A stretch of DNA of 64,000 nucleotides, from assembly GCA_001873435.1 (NCBI GenBank), contig MNZB01000001.1:15573-79572 (forward strand), written 5' to 3'. This stretch comes from Candidatus Pacebacteria bacterium CG2_30_36_39. Its GTDB lineage: Bacteria > Patescibacteriota > Microgenomatia > UBA1400 > PJMF01. Under the pieces are notes generated by a model, which had not been told where the DNA came from, searched no databases, and saw nothing but the letters and a program-made list of their open reading frames with translations. The position numbers and the translations under genes are program-made. Positions 29,803-39,038 of the stretch are shown piece after piece; position 1 is the stretch's first letter; the number at the start of each line of letters is the position of its first letter.

Positions 29803-31035
29803 TTATAGCTGTGACAGACGCATTAGAACTTGATCATGCTCTAGTAATTCAGGATTAGTTTCTTTTCTATTTTTCCACTCAATCTTACCACCGTTTCTTT
29901 CGGAAAGAACTAAACGGACTGGAATACCCAATAAATCTGCGGCTGCAAATTTACTACCAGGGGATTCATTACGATCATCCCAGATTACCTCTACATTGTG
30001 TTTTTTAAGATCAGTATAAAGTTTTTCAGCTTGTTCTTCTGTACCCTTGAGTGACACCATTACTGCGTGATAAGGAGCAATTGCATAAGGCCAAACAATA
30101 CCTTTTTCATCAGAAGTTTTTTCAACAATCACACCCATAGTTCTAGTTGTGCCCCAGCCATAACAGCCCATGATTGGATATTTTTGTTCACTCTGAGCAT
30201 TGGTGTAAGTTAAGTCAAAGTCTTTAACGTATTTTTGACCAAGATCAAAAACATTACCCACCTCTGAAGCTTTGGCTGCTGCTAATTGGCCATGACCACA
30301 TTTTGGACAATCATCACCAACTTTTTGTTTAGCAATTTCACTATTTACACAAAACTCACATTTTGGACAATAAAAAATATCATCTTCTCCAGCATCAGTT
30401 AAAACCATAAATTCATAGGAAATTTTTTGAGTGAAACTACCACCAGATGCTTCAGTAACTTTTGCTACCAAATCAACTGCTTTATAAGCGCGAATGTAAG
30501 CATCTTTAACTTGTTGATAGAAACGATCAAAGTCTTCTTGGGTCTCATGAAAACTATACATGTCTTTCATCTCAAACTCACGACCACGCAAAATACCAGA
30601 TTTTGCTCTAAGTTCATCGCGGAATTTCCAATGAATTTGATAAAGAGCCAAAGGTAAGTCTTTATAACTTTTAATAATATCTTTGGCTAGTGGAGTTACA
30701 ATTTCCTCATGGCTTTGGCCTAGGGCATATTCTTTGTCTGTGCGACTTTTTAAATGAAACAAGACATCGACGTTATCCCAAGCACCAGTGGTAACCCAAT
30801 TTTGTTTTGGGTGTAATGATGGCATTAAAATTTCTTGACCACCAATAGCATTCATTTCTTTACGAATGATATTGCGAATCTTATTTAATACTTTCAAACC
30901 CAAGGGTGTGTAAGTATAAACACCAGCCATTAATTGACGGACATAGCCTGCCTGAACAAGTAGTTTGTGATTAATCGTATCAGCATTGGCTGGAGGATTT
31001 TTTAGCGGCTTAAAAGCCATTTGGGACATTTTCAT
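29803..31035 (-). CDS. proS: Proline--tRNA ligase (short form lacking the editing domain)
   Basis: KFRDELRAKSGILRGREFEMKDMYSF, EVGNVF.LG, MGCYG.G, anticodon-binding domain. Confidence 0.95.
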   Translation of the reverse strand: MKMSQMAFKPLKNPPANADTINHKLLVQAGYVRQLMAGVYTYTPLGLKVLNKIRNIIRKEMNAIGGQEILMPSLHPKQNWVTTGAWDNVDVLFHLKSRTDKEYALGQSHEEIVTPLAKDIIKSYKDLPLALYQIHWKFRDELRAKSGILRGREFEMKDMYSFHETQEDFDRFYQQVKDAYIRAYKAVDLVAKVTEASGGSFTQKISYEFMVLTDAGEDDIFYCPKCEFCVNSEIAKQKVGDDCPKCGHGQLAAAKASEVGNVFDLGQKYVKDFDLTYTNAQSEQKYPIMGCYGWGTTRTMGVIVEKTSDEKGIVWPYAIAPYHAVMVSLKGTEEQAEKLYTDLKKHNVEVIWDDRNESPGSKFAAADLLGIPVRLVLSERNGGKIEWKNRKETNPELLEHDQVLMRLSQL

Positions 31036-31093
31036 AACGGTTATTGTATACGAAAACAGTCTTTTATGGGAGATATGCCTGGATTGTATAAAC

Positions 31094-32923
31094 TTAACTG
31101 ATTAAAAGTTTCTTGTTGTCTTCCATACTGCGCAAACGCATGCTCTCTGGAGTAACTTCAAGTACTTCATTATCACTAACAATGGTAAGGAATTGTTCTA
31201 GAGAAGGTTTCCAAGCAGGAGCTAAAACGACAGTTGCATCTGCACTGGAAGCACGCATGTTGGTAAGTTTTTTACCACGAACCACATTCATCACAATATC
31301 TTCAGAACGTTTATGGATACCAACTATTTGACCAGCATAGACCTTATCACCTGGATCTACGAATAGAGTACCTCTTTGTTGAGCTTTTTCTAATGAATAA
31401 GCTGTAACAGAACCAGTTTCATGAGCAATCATGGCGCCGCCACGATGGATAATACAGTGTTCAGTTAAAGGTCTATATTCCAAGAAGGTGTTATGCATAA
31501 CACCTTCACCAGAGGTGCTGGTTAATAGCTCGCTGCGATAACCAATTAAATTGGCGGTTGAGATTTCATATTCAAATCTGACACCAGTTTTTGTTTGATG
31601 CATGTTTTTTAATTGACCACGACGTTGAGCCATACTAGCTGTAATTTTTCCAGTATGTTGATCTGTAACATCAATGGTGACGTATTCCCAAGGTTCTGTA
31701 GTGTGACCATCTTCTTGTTTAAGTACTACCTGTGGTTTGGAAAGAGCAAATTCATATCCTTCACGGCGCATGGTTTCGATTAAAATTGCTAAATGCAATT
31801 CACCTCTACCTACAATGACGACGTTTTCACCACTAGTACCGGGTAACATACGCAAGCCAACATTGGTTTCTAGTTCTTTTTTAAGTCTAGCTTGAAGTTG
31901 TCTAGAAGTTGAAAATTCAGCTTCTTGACCGGCAAAAGGTGAAGTATTTACCATGAGTTGCATTTTGACGGTTGGCTCAGTAATAGTCATTTGTGGCAGG
32001 GCTTCTGGCTGATGAGTATCGGCGATAGTGTCACCAATACCTGGTTCATTAATGCCAGCGATGGCAATAATTTCTCCAGCTTTTGCTTCTTCTACTTCTA
32101 AACGGTCTAAGCCAAAGTGATTGAATAGATATACGACTGAAGCAGCTTCAACTTTGCCGTTTGTACGTAAAATTTTAACTGGTTGATTTTTCTTAACAGT
32201 TCCACGGAAAATACGGCCAATAGCAATACGACCTTTGTGCTGGTCCCAATCTAACGAATTAACTTGAATTTGAAGAGGAGCGCTTTCATCACCTTTTGGA
32301 GCAGGGATGGCTTTGACGATAGTTTCGAATAATGGTTCTAGGTTGGTGCTATCAGTGATATTGACAGAAAAATCTGGGTTTTCAGTAGTTTTTGTGCCCA
32401 CAATTCCTTCGATGCCTCTGCCATATAATAGTGGAAAGTCTAGTTGTGAGTCTTGAGTAGCTAATTCTAAAAATAGATCTGCAACTTCGCTTTCAACTTC
32501 TTTAATACGTTGGTCTTTGCGATCAACTTTATTGATTAAAACAATGGGGGCAAGTCCGAGCTCTAAGGCTAAGCGTAGAACAAAACGGGTTTGTGAGAGT
32601 ACGCCTTCAGCAGCATCGACTAATAAGATACAGCCATCAGCCATGTTTAAAACACGTTCCACTTCACCTGAAAAATCAGCGTGACCTGGAGTGTCTAAAA
32701 TATTAATTTTGTAATCTTTCCAAAAAACTGCAGTGTTTTTAGCTAAGATAGTTACACCTTTTTCACGTTCCAAATCATTAGAATCCATGATGGTAGTAGC
32801 TTGATTTTCTTTTTGATGAGCAGCAAAAGTTTTAGTTTGCTTTAACATAGCGTCCACGAGAGTTGTTTTTCCGTGGTCGACGTGAGCGATAATAGCAATA
32901 TTGCGCAGGTGTTGCTGGTTCAT
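31094..32923 (-). CDS. typA: Translational GTPase TypA/BipA
   Basis: [43 protein letters not shown]. Confidence 0.97.
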   Translation of the reverse strand: MNQQHLRNIAIIAHVDHGKTTLVDAMLKQTKTFAAHQKENQATTIMDSNDLEREKGVTILAKNTAVFWKDYKINILDTPGHADFSGEVERVLNMADGCILLVDAAEGVLSQTRFVLRLALELGLAPIVLINKVDRKDQRIKEVESEVADLFLELATQDSQLDFPLLYGRGIEGIVGTKTTENPDFSVNITDSTNLEPLFETIVKAIPAPKGDESAPLQIQVNSLDWDQHKGRIAIGRIFRGTVKKNQPVKILRTNGKVEAASVVYLFNHFGLDRLEVEEAKAGEIIAIAGINEPGIGDTIADTHQPEALPQMTITEPTVKMQLMVNTSPFAGQEAEFSTSRQLQARLKKELETNVGLRMLPGTSGENVVIVGRGELHLAILIETMRREGYEFALSKPQVVLKQEDGHTTEPWEYVTIDVTDQHTGKITASMAQRRGQLKNMHQTKTGVRFEYEISTANLIGYRSELLTSTSGEGVMHNTFLEYRPLTEHCIIHRGGAMIAHETGSVTAYSLEKAQQRGTLFVDPGDKVYAGQIVGIHKRSEDIVMNVVRGKKLTNMRASSADATVVLAPAWKPSLEQFLTIVSDNEVLEVTPESMRLRSMEDNKKLLIS

Positions 32924-32969
32924 ACTTGTTTCCTAACTCTCTATAAAGAGGAAAAGAAGGATTATATAA

Positions 32970-33860
32970 TTATCCTTGTAAATTTTCTACTAGGACTTTT
33001 GAGATGTCCAAAATAGTAATCTTCTTAAATTGTTCTGTTCTCTCAATAGAATTGGTGACTGTAACACTATCAACCATTGATTTGGCTAATGATTCTAGTG
33101 CATCGCCAGTAAAAACACCATGAGTGGCCAAAAAATGAATTTCTTTGGCGCCTTGTTCTTTGAGCATTTTGGCAACTTCAACAACAGTTTGGCCAGAAAG
33201 AATTGCGTCATCAAAAATGAAAATGTTTTTGCCTTTTACTTCCCCATCAAGTTTGGTAGTAGTTACTTGTCCAGTGATTAGGTCACGACGTTTTTCGATT
33301 CCGCCTAACTCCAAATGTAGTTCATTGGCAAATAATCTAGCTCTTTTTAGTCCTCCAAAATCGGGACTAATAACCATGGCTTTAGTGAGGTCAAAATGTT
33401 CTTTAATATGAGTAATGAACTCGTTCATTGCGGTAATGTGATAGGTTGGAATGGAAAAGAATCCAGGGATACTGATGTTATGAAGATCTAAGAGATATAC
33501 TTTTTTGATACAGGTGCTTTCGATAATTTTGGCAATTACTTTGGCAGAAAGTGGTTCTCCAGGCATGAAGACTTTGTCTTGGAAAGAGTAACCAAACCAA
33601 GGGATAAAAAGATTGATTTCATGAGCTCCCAATCTTTCAAGGGCGTCAGCGATTAAAGCTGTTTCTATAATACGATCATCAACTGGTTTGGAAAAAGATT
33701 GAATGATTAAAACATCTTGGTTTTTAACAGTATTGGATATGTGAATTCGTTTTTCACCATTGGCAAAAGTATCAATATCACAGTCAACCAATGGGGCATT
33801 TAATTGTAAAGCAATGTTTTCTGCAAGTTTTGGGCTTGATGAGCCAGCGATAATTTTCAT
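32970..33860 (-). CDS. prs: Ribose-phosphate pyrophosphokinase
   Basis: FANGE, LDLH, SPDFGG, DDAILSGQT, ATHGVF. Confidence 0.93.
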   Translation of the reverse strand: MKIIAGSSSPKLAENIALQLNAPLVDCDIDTFANGEKRIHISNTVKNQDVLIIQSFSKPVDDRIIETALIADALERLGAHEINLFIPWFGYSFQDKVFMPGEPLSAKVIAKIIESTCIKKVYLLDLHNISIPGFFSIPTYHITAMNEFITHIKEHFDLTKAMVISPDFGGLKRARLFANELHLELGGIEKRRDLITGQVTTTKLDGEVKGKNIFIFDDAILSGQTVVEVAKMLKEQGAKEIHFLATHGVFTGDALESLAKSMVDSVTVTNSIERTEQFKKITILDISKVLVENLQG

Positions 33861-33881
33861 GGATATAGTGTACCGCGAGTT

Positions 33882-34961
33882 TTATGACTCGGCTACAGAT
33901 GATTTTTCATAGTTGTCTGCTTCAGACAAAAGGCTTTCGATGGTATGGGCTACGCAAGATAAGATAGCTACGTCTTCTTCAGTGAGATTAAATATAGGAT
34001 CATTTGTTTCTCCTCTTATGGCTTTGCCGATTTTACCTCTCAGGGTTTCAGGAACTCTAACTGAAGGAAATATGTTAATTTCTTTTCTTTCTCCTCTTAA
34101 GAATTTGCCTATTTTTCTTTTCCACTCTTTGGAGATATTAAATTTTTCTAAAGTTTTAGAATCTTCTAATTCATCTTTTTCTTGGCGTTGATAATTAATT
34201 CTTAATTTTTTTAATCTATCGACCAAAACTCGATCAAATAATATGTCTGCCATAGTTAAAAAATTAGAGACTCTTTGTTTAATGAAGACTTCTTCTACTT
34301 CACCATAAAAAGATTTTATTAGCGTTGCAATATTTTCGTCTTCTTGTTTAAAGCCATTGGCTCCGGCATTATTAAACATTCTGTGATGATATTTAGCTGA
34401 AACAAGTTGCACAGCTTGTAATTGGTTAATTCCCAAAACTTTTTGTAGGGCTTCAATCCATGATTCATATTGTTTTTTATTTTCGCTATCAGTTATTTCT
34501 AGATGGAAAAGATTGTAAAAAACATCTGAGATTTCAGCAAATGCCATGGCTGAATCTATACCATTTTCTCCATCAAGATAAAATGAGAGAGCTGCTCTGA
34601 CTTCATCTGCTTCTGCTGCTTTATAGTGGAGGCGTTGCAGTTTTTTTCTGGCTTCTTTTTCAGCGTCTCTTCCATCTTCTTGTTTTGTGCGAATATATTT
34701 GCCAGTGAAATCTTTTGTTAGACGCATGTTGCGATTGATGCCATCACCAATGACAAACATGATTTTGGTTTCTTCTCTAACTGGAAGGCCGTTTCTATAA
34801 ACTTTTGATTCTTGGAGATAGAGTACTTCTGAGGCGTAGTATCTGGCGTTTTCCTCGTTATCTAGGAAGGCCAATAACTGTTCGTAAGTTAGGCTGCTAA
34901 AATATTCAAGATCGTTTGTTCCCTTTTGCCATTCGATGGCTGGAGAAACTGTTTCTAGCAT
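33882..34961 (-). CDS. Hypothetical protein, possible all-alpha NTP pyrophosphohydrolase (MazG-like) motif
   Basis: Long ORF; EADE...EISDVFY resembles ExxE...ExxD; function inferred only. Confidence 0.6.
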   Translation of the reverse strand: MLETVSPAIEWQKGTNDLEYFSSLTYEQLLAFLDNEENARYYASEVLYLQESKVYRNGLPVREETKIMFVIGDGINRNMRLTKDFTGKYIRTKQEDGRDAEKEARKKLQRLHYKAAEADEVRAALSFYLDGENGIDSAMAFAEISDVFYNLFHLEITDSENKKQYESWIEALQKVLGINQLQAVQLVSAKYHHRMFNNAGANGFKQEDENIATLIKSFYGEVEEVFIKQRVSNFLTMADILFDRVLVDRLKKLRINYQRQEKDELEDSKTLEKFNISKEWKRKIGKFLRGERKEINIFPSVRVPETLRGKIGKAIRGETNDPIFNLTEEDVAILSCVAHTIESLLSEADNYEKSSVAES

Positions 34962-35010
34962 AAAAAAAATATTATATCAGACTACAACAAATTTAAATAC
35001 AAAAAAATCC

Positions 35011-35469
35011 TTATTTATTTTCTAATTTTGCTTTTTTAAATTTTTGAATAGCTAATTCTGAGGCAGGAATGGCCATTATTAGGGCTAAGACGGCCACGGA
35101 AATATCACCAACAACTTCATTGTTTTTAGGAAAAATCTCTACCAATGCATTTAAAGTTAAAATACTAGCTGCACTGAAGATATAGCCTTGTTTAATAATT
35201 TTTTGGGCTATTTCAGAGTGAAAAGCTTCTTGGAATAGGTTTTTTACAAATACTGCGCTAATCGCAAAGCCAGCAGTGAAGCCATAATTTCCAAGATGTT
35301 TTGTAATTGGTCCTATGGTTTCTAATAATATTTTTCTTCTCTCTGGATCAGCTAATCCTCCATTGGGGTGTGAATAGAAATCTAATAATGAAATAGCTGC
35401 AGTGAGGAGCACTAAGAAAACAGTGCCATCAATGGTGCTAGATTTTTCTTTGGTAATTTCTTTTTCCAT
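35011..35469 (-). CDS. Hypothetical membrane protein
   Basis: About four hydrophobic segments; TATAAT upstream of ATG 35469. Confidence 0.65.
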   Translation of the reverse strand: MEKEITKEKSSTIDGTVFLVLLTAAISLLDFYSHPNGGLADPERRKILLETIGPITKHLGNYGFTAGFAISAVFVKNLFQEAFHSEIAQKIIKQGYIFSAASILTLNALVEIFPKNNEVVGDISVAVLALIMAIPASELAIQKFKKAKLENK

Positions 35470-35509
35470 CTTGAGGGGAGAATTATACCTCATTTAGTTT
35501 TGAGTATAA

Positions 35510-35537
35510 AAAAAGACAGTTTTTTAAACTGTCTTTT
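35510..35537 (-). terminator. Terminator downstream of tRNA-Lys
   Basis: AAAAGACAGTTT/AAACTGTCTTTT inverted repeat with T tract on the minus strand. Confidence 0.75.
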
Positions 35538-35544
35538 AATAATG

Positions 35545-35618
35545 TGAGTCAGGTGGGACTCGAACCCACGACATTCTGCTTAAGAGGCAGACGCTCTAAC
35601 CGACTGAGCTACTGACCC
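35545..35618 (-). tRNA. tRNA-Lys(CTT)
   Basis: Cloverleaf GGGTCAG...CTGACTC-A; anticodon loop CT-CTT-AA. Confidence 0.95.
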
Positions 35619-35757
35619 AACACGGGTATTTTATCACTAAGTGTCGTATTTTACTTTTTTTGCTATAAAAACACCAGATTTAGATCAGTCTACCACTGTC
35701 AATTACTACTTAAATTGTTTTACAATTATAAGCACATTTTTATGGGTGATCCTTTTT

Positions 35758-36882
35758 ATGAATCAAGAGTTTCAAGATAAACAAACAGACGCAACTGAAA
35801 CGAGGCTGTCTGAGAAAATTATAGACAATTTTCCTGGTAGTGAAAGTCTTGACGTTATTTATCAGTTCTTTGTTAATAATGAGAAAATTACCTTAGATGA
35901 TTATAAATTAGGATTATCACCTGATGAAGAATTTTTTATTTCTGAGCTAACCAGATTAATCGGCGTGGAATTTTCACAAAACGGTTTGGATTTTATAGCT
36001 AATTTAGCCAATCAAAAAATTAATTTAGCTGCAAGTAAGTTTTTTGATCAGCCAAAAAGCGAAAAAATGATTACATTCTTAGCTTTTTTGTTTAATGAAT
36101 TTAAAGATGCCAAAACTGAATCTGAAAAAATTCTAGAAGTTTATTTTTCTTTGTTAGCTAGAGTAATTCGTTTGGAAAAAGTGAATACTGCGTTTGAGGT
36201 GGAACAGGTTGATTTAAGAAAAGTAGCTTCAACTGATTCTTTAACTAAAATTAATAATCGTGGACAGCTTGAGGCTGATTTACCAATGATCTTTGATAGT
36301 GATAGAGAGAGTGATCAAAACCTTGCCTTAATTATTTTTGATTTAGATCATTTTAAAGCTGTTAATGACACTTATGGCCATGCTGCTGGTGATATGGTAT
36401 TGAGAGCTGTAACAAAGAGGATTGCTGAATTAATAAGAAATGAAGACAAATTTTATCGTTATGGAGGTGAGGAATTTGTGATTTTACTTCAAGTTCATAA
36501 TCGAGATGAAGTAAAATTGGTTATGAATAAAATTGTTGAGAGCATTGCTGAAATGCCAATAGATATTGGTAATGGTCGTGAGCTTAAAATAACTCTTAGT
36601 ATGGGTGGTGCAATTAAGGAAGATGCTTTAAATGACGATAGACATGGTAATACACATAAAGCTTGGGTATTAATGCAACTTGCTGATGAAGTTTTGTATC
36701 ATGTTAAACATCGACAAAACGGTCGAAACGACTCATTTATGATTGGTTTAGATACTATGAGAGTAGATTTTACAGATCAAATGTGGGATGAGGTTGGTAA
36801 GAATTTAAAAATCACCGATATGATTAAATCATTTTTTTTAGGTTTTTTGTCGAGAGCAAAACCAAAAAAACCAAAAAGTTAA
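35758..36882 (+). CDS. GGDEF-domain diguanylate cyclase
   Basis: DSLTKINNR, DLDHFKAVNDTYGHAAGD, RYGGEEF. Confidence 0.92.
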   Translation: MNQEFQDKQTDATETRLSEKIIDNFPGSESLDVIYQFFVNNEKITLDDYKLGLSPDEEFFISELTRLIGVEFSQNGLDFIANLANQKINLAASKFFDQPKSEKMITFLAFLFNEFKDAKTESEKILEVYFSLLARVIRLEKVNTAFEVEQVDLRKVASTDSLTKINNRGQLEADLPMIFDSDRESDQNLALIIFDLDHFKAVNDTYGHAAGDMVLRAVTKRIAELIRNEDKFYRYGGEEFVILLQVHNRDEVKLVMNKIVESIAEMPIDIGNGRELKITLSMGGAIKEDALNDDRHGNTHKAWVLMQLADEVLYHVKHRQNGRNDSFMIGLDTMRVDFTDQMWDEVGKNLKITDMIKSFFLGFLSRAKPKKPKS

Positions 36883-36884
36883 TG

Positions 36885-36958
36885 TGCCTCAGGAGGGACT
36901 CGAACCCCCGACGCCAGGTTCCGAAGACCTGCGCTCTAATCCACTGAGCTACTGAGGC
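36885..36958 (-). tRNA. tRNA-Arg(TCG)
   Basis: Cloverleaf GCCTCAG...CTGAGGC-A; anticodon loop CT-TCG-GA. Confidence 0.95.
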
Positions 36959-37086
36959 GTGGACTTGGTCATTATAACACTTCTCTATTTGATATCTTGA
37001 GGTTATTCGTCATTATTTTCTTTCCCTAATATTTCCCAAAATTGACTTTTATAAACTTAAAAATTTAGGTTATACTGCGATGTAAT

Positions 37087-37800
37087 ATGGCAATAAATTA
37101 TTACCCCCTCATTAATAAAATTGTTTCTACCTTAGGAATCAAAGATCGCTTGCTTCAAGAATTGCCAGAAGAACATTTTTTTAGCAAACCTTTTATTACT
37201 ATTGCTCGTGAACCAGGTAGCGGCGGTGCTCCAATAGCTAAAAAATTAGCTGAAAGATTGGGTTTTGTTGTTCATGATGAAACAATTATTGATCAAATTG
37301 CAGAATCTACCAAACGCCGAAAAGCCATTATTCAACAGCTTGATGAAAAAGGTCGTTCTTATGTTAATGATTTGGTTCACTCTGCTTTAAATCCAGAATA
37401 TGTTGATGAAAATACTTTTATTAAAGAACTAACAAGAGTAATTTTGACTTTTGCTCATCAAGGCAATTGTGTAATTTTGGGTCGTGGTTCAAATTTTATT
37501 ACGCCATTTGCTAGGGGCTTGCATGTAAATATTGTGGCTCCTTATGAGTTGCGCGTGCAAAGAGCAATGGAATACGAAGGTTATGATCGAGCAAAAGCTA
37601 AAAAAGTTATTGCTTATCATGAAAAAGAACGTCGCGAGTTTGTAAAAAAATATTTTAAACAAGATCTTAATAGTCGCAATGCTTATGATTTGACCATTAA
37701 TACGACCTATCTTTCTGTTGATGAGGCTGTTGAGGTAATTGAATTAGCATTTCGTCGTAAATTTCCAGCCTTCAAAAGACTTAAAGCTGTATTTTTCTAA
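37087..37800 (+). CDS. Cytidylate kinase-like family protein
   Basis: ITIAREPGSGG P-loop variant, VILGRG, YDLTINT. Confidence 0.85.
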   Translation: MAINYYPLINKIVSTLGIKDRLLQELPEEHFFSKPFITIAREPGSGGAPIAKKLAERLGFVVHDETIIDQIAESTKRRKAIIQQLDEKGRSYVNDLVHSALNPEYVDENTFIKELTRVILTFAHQGNCVILGRGSNFITPFARGLHVNIVAPYELRVQRAMEYEGYDRAKAKKVIAYHEKERREFVKKYFKQDLNSRNAYDLTINTTYLSVDEAVEVIELAFRRKFPAFKRLKAVFF

Positions 37801-37828
37801 GCTTGACGTTATAATACCCTGTGTTTCC

Positions 37829-37915
37829 GCCAGAGTGCTGGAATTGGTAGACAGGCTAGTTTCAGGAACTAGTGCTTTTAAAACGGGCGTGTGGGTTCAA
37901 ATCCCTCCTCTGGCA
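37829..37915 (+). tRNA. tRNA-Leu(CAG)
   Basis: Type II cloverleaf with long variable arm; anticodon loop TT-CAG-GA. Confidence 0.93.
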
Positions 37916-37955
37916 CTCGAGAAAAATTAGATTTTTCACTTTGGCCAAGATGCTA

Positions 37956-37993
37956 TATAATGTGTGTCTTGTGAGAAATCACGCTCTTTGAAA
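37956..37993 (+). promoter_or_regulatory. -10 box plus boxB-like GAAA hairpin and boxA upstream of the tRNA operon
   Basis: TATAAT 37956-37961; GTGA-GAAA-TCAC 37971-37982; GCTCTTTGAAA 37983-37993. Confidence 0.7.
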
Positions 37994-38004
37994 TTATTGA
38001 TAAT

Positions 38005-38078
38005 GCGAGAATAGCTCAGTTGGCTAGAGCGTCTCCTTGCCAAGGAGAAGGTCGCGGGTCCGAGTCCCGTTTCTCGCT
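38005..38078 (+). tRNA. tRNA-Gly(GCC), T-loop with C55
   Basis: Cloverleaf; anticodon loop TT-GCC-AA; T arm GCGGG-TCCGAGT-CCCGT. Confidence 0.95.
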
Positions 38079-38092
38079 CATTCTGTGCAGAT

Positions 38093-38174
38093 GCCCAGGT
38101 GGTGAAATTGGTATACACGCAGTCTTGAGGTGGCTGTGGAGAAATCCGTGGAGGTTCAACTCCTCTCCTGGGCA
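38093..38174 (+). tRNA. tRNA-Leu(GAG)
   Basis: Type II cloverleaf; anticodon loop TT-GAG-GT. Confidence 0.93.
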
Positions 38175-38219
38175 CATCCACCAGCTATGACAAACTGAAA
38201 TATCTCCACCTATGAGTAT

Positions 38220-38293
38220 GGACTCGTAGCTCAGTTGGTTAGAGCGTTCGGTTTACATCCGAAAGGTCAGAGGTTCGAGCCCTCTCGGGTCCA
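38220..38293 (+). tRNA. tRNA-Val(TAC)
   Basis: Cloverleaf GGACTCG...CGGGTCC-A; anticodon loop TT-TAC-AT. Confidence 0.95.
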
Positions 38294-38311
38294 CATTAAA
38301 AGCATTTACAT

Positions 38312-38384
38312 GCCAAGCTAGCCAAGTTGGTCACGGCGCATGTCTGAAAAACATGAAATTCAGGTCCGATTCCTGAGCTTGGCA
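38312..38384 (+). tRNA. tRNA-Phe(GAA), T-loop with C55
   Basis: Cloverleaf GCCAAGC...GCTTGGC-A; anticodon loop CT-GAA-AA; T arm TCAGG-TCCGATT-CCTGA. Confidence 0.9.
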
Positions 38385-38406
38385 CAAAATAATAAATTCA
38401 TAAAAT

Positions 38407-38430
38407 AGCCGCTTTAATAGCGGTTTTTTT
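38407..38430 (+). terminator. Terminator of the tRNA operon
   Basis: AGCCGCT-TTAAT-AGCGGTT-TTTTT. Confidence 0.85.
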
Positions 38431-38452
38431 ATTCATTAACAGTATTTTTAAT

Positions 38453-38619
38453 TATCCTATAACTTTGACTTATTTGATATATTCTGATACAATTATTCGG
38501 TTCTTTAACAAGTCGGGTGGTGAGCTTTTTATCGTTGATTCAAGTAAATTTCGACTATAAAAAGGTCGCCACCCAATCACCAAACTCTAGTATTTCCACC
38601 TGAGATCGGTGGATGGAGT
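38453..38619 (+). promoter_or_regulatory. Cassette 4 promoter and structured leader: TATCCTATAA, -35/-10, boxA, long hairpin, SD-occluding hairpin
   Basis: TATCCTATAA-ct-TTGACT-N17-TACAAT (38453-38493); GGTTCTTTAACAA 38499-38511; hairpin 38515-38574; hairpin 38584-38619 containing GGAG. Confidence 0.75.
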
Positions 38620-38626
38620 AAACAAA

Positions 38627-39019
38627 ATGGTAAATCCCTTTCTCGCGTTATTCCTCGCTGGCTTGTCCGGCTTGGTAACCCTGTTTGTGGTTATGCGACA
38701 GAATACAGCCAGCAAAGCTATTAATGCTATGGCTGCTGTCACTGCTTTGGCAGTCATTGGTTGGGCCTTCGCCAGTACTACTTGGCTTGGACCTGCCGTT
38801 GGCATCGGCGCTGCTACTTGGGCTTGGTTTTTAACCATGCCCAATGGCAGTAAAAAATTCCTGCAAAAAATCTGCCTGATGCTTGGACAAATTCCTTTCG
38901 TCATGATGGCAGATTATCCGAACTTCGCTCTCGGTCAGCACATGTCATTGTTCCTATTGGTCCTCTTGGACCTGTTTTTAGTGACGATGGCGTTTTTTGC
39001 TCCCAAAAAGCTAAGTTAA
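38627..39019 (+). CDS. Multi-pass membrane protein (paralogue A)
   Basis: SD GGAG before ATG 38627; about 5 hydrophobic segments; LMLGQIPF shared with the next ORF. Confidence 0.8.
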   Translation: MVNPFLALFLAGLSGLVTLFVVMRQNTASKAINAMAAVTALAVIGWAFASTTWLGPAVGIGAATWAWFLTMPNGSKKFLQKICLMLGQIPFVMMADYPNFALGQHMSLFLLVLLDLFLVTMAFFAPKKLS

Positions 39020-39038
39020 AAAAAAGGAACAAACAACT

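Noticed and set aside
33397-33410. boxA-like GTTCTTTAATA inside prs
   Set aside because: It lies within coding sequence on the antisense strand with no promoter or hairpin context, so it is likely a chance match in AT-rich DNA.
37829-37915. Possible selenocysteine or suppressor tRNA (long variable arm, TTCAG in the loop)
   Set aside because: The 7-nt loop TT-CAG-GA centres on CAG, giving an ordinary tRNA-Leu.
37936-38181. 81-aa minus-strand ORF
   Set aside because: It is the reverse complement of the tRNA-Gly and tRNA-Leu genes.
38587-38904. 105-aa antisense ORF over membrane paralogue A
   Set aside because: Shadow ORF; the plus strand has the promoter, SD and paralogy support.
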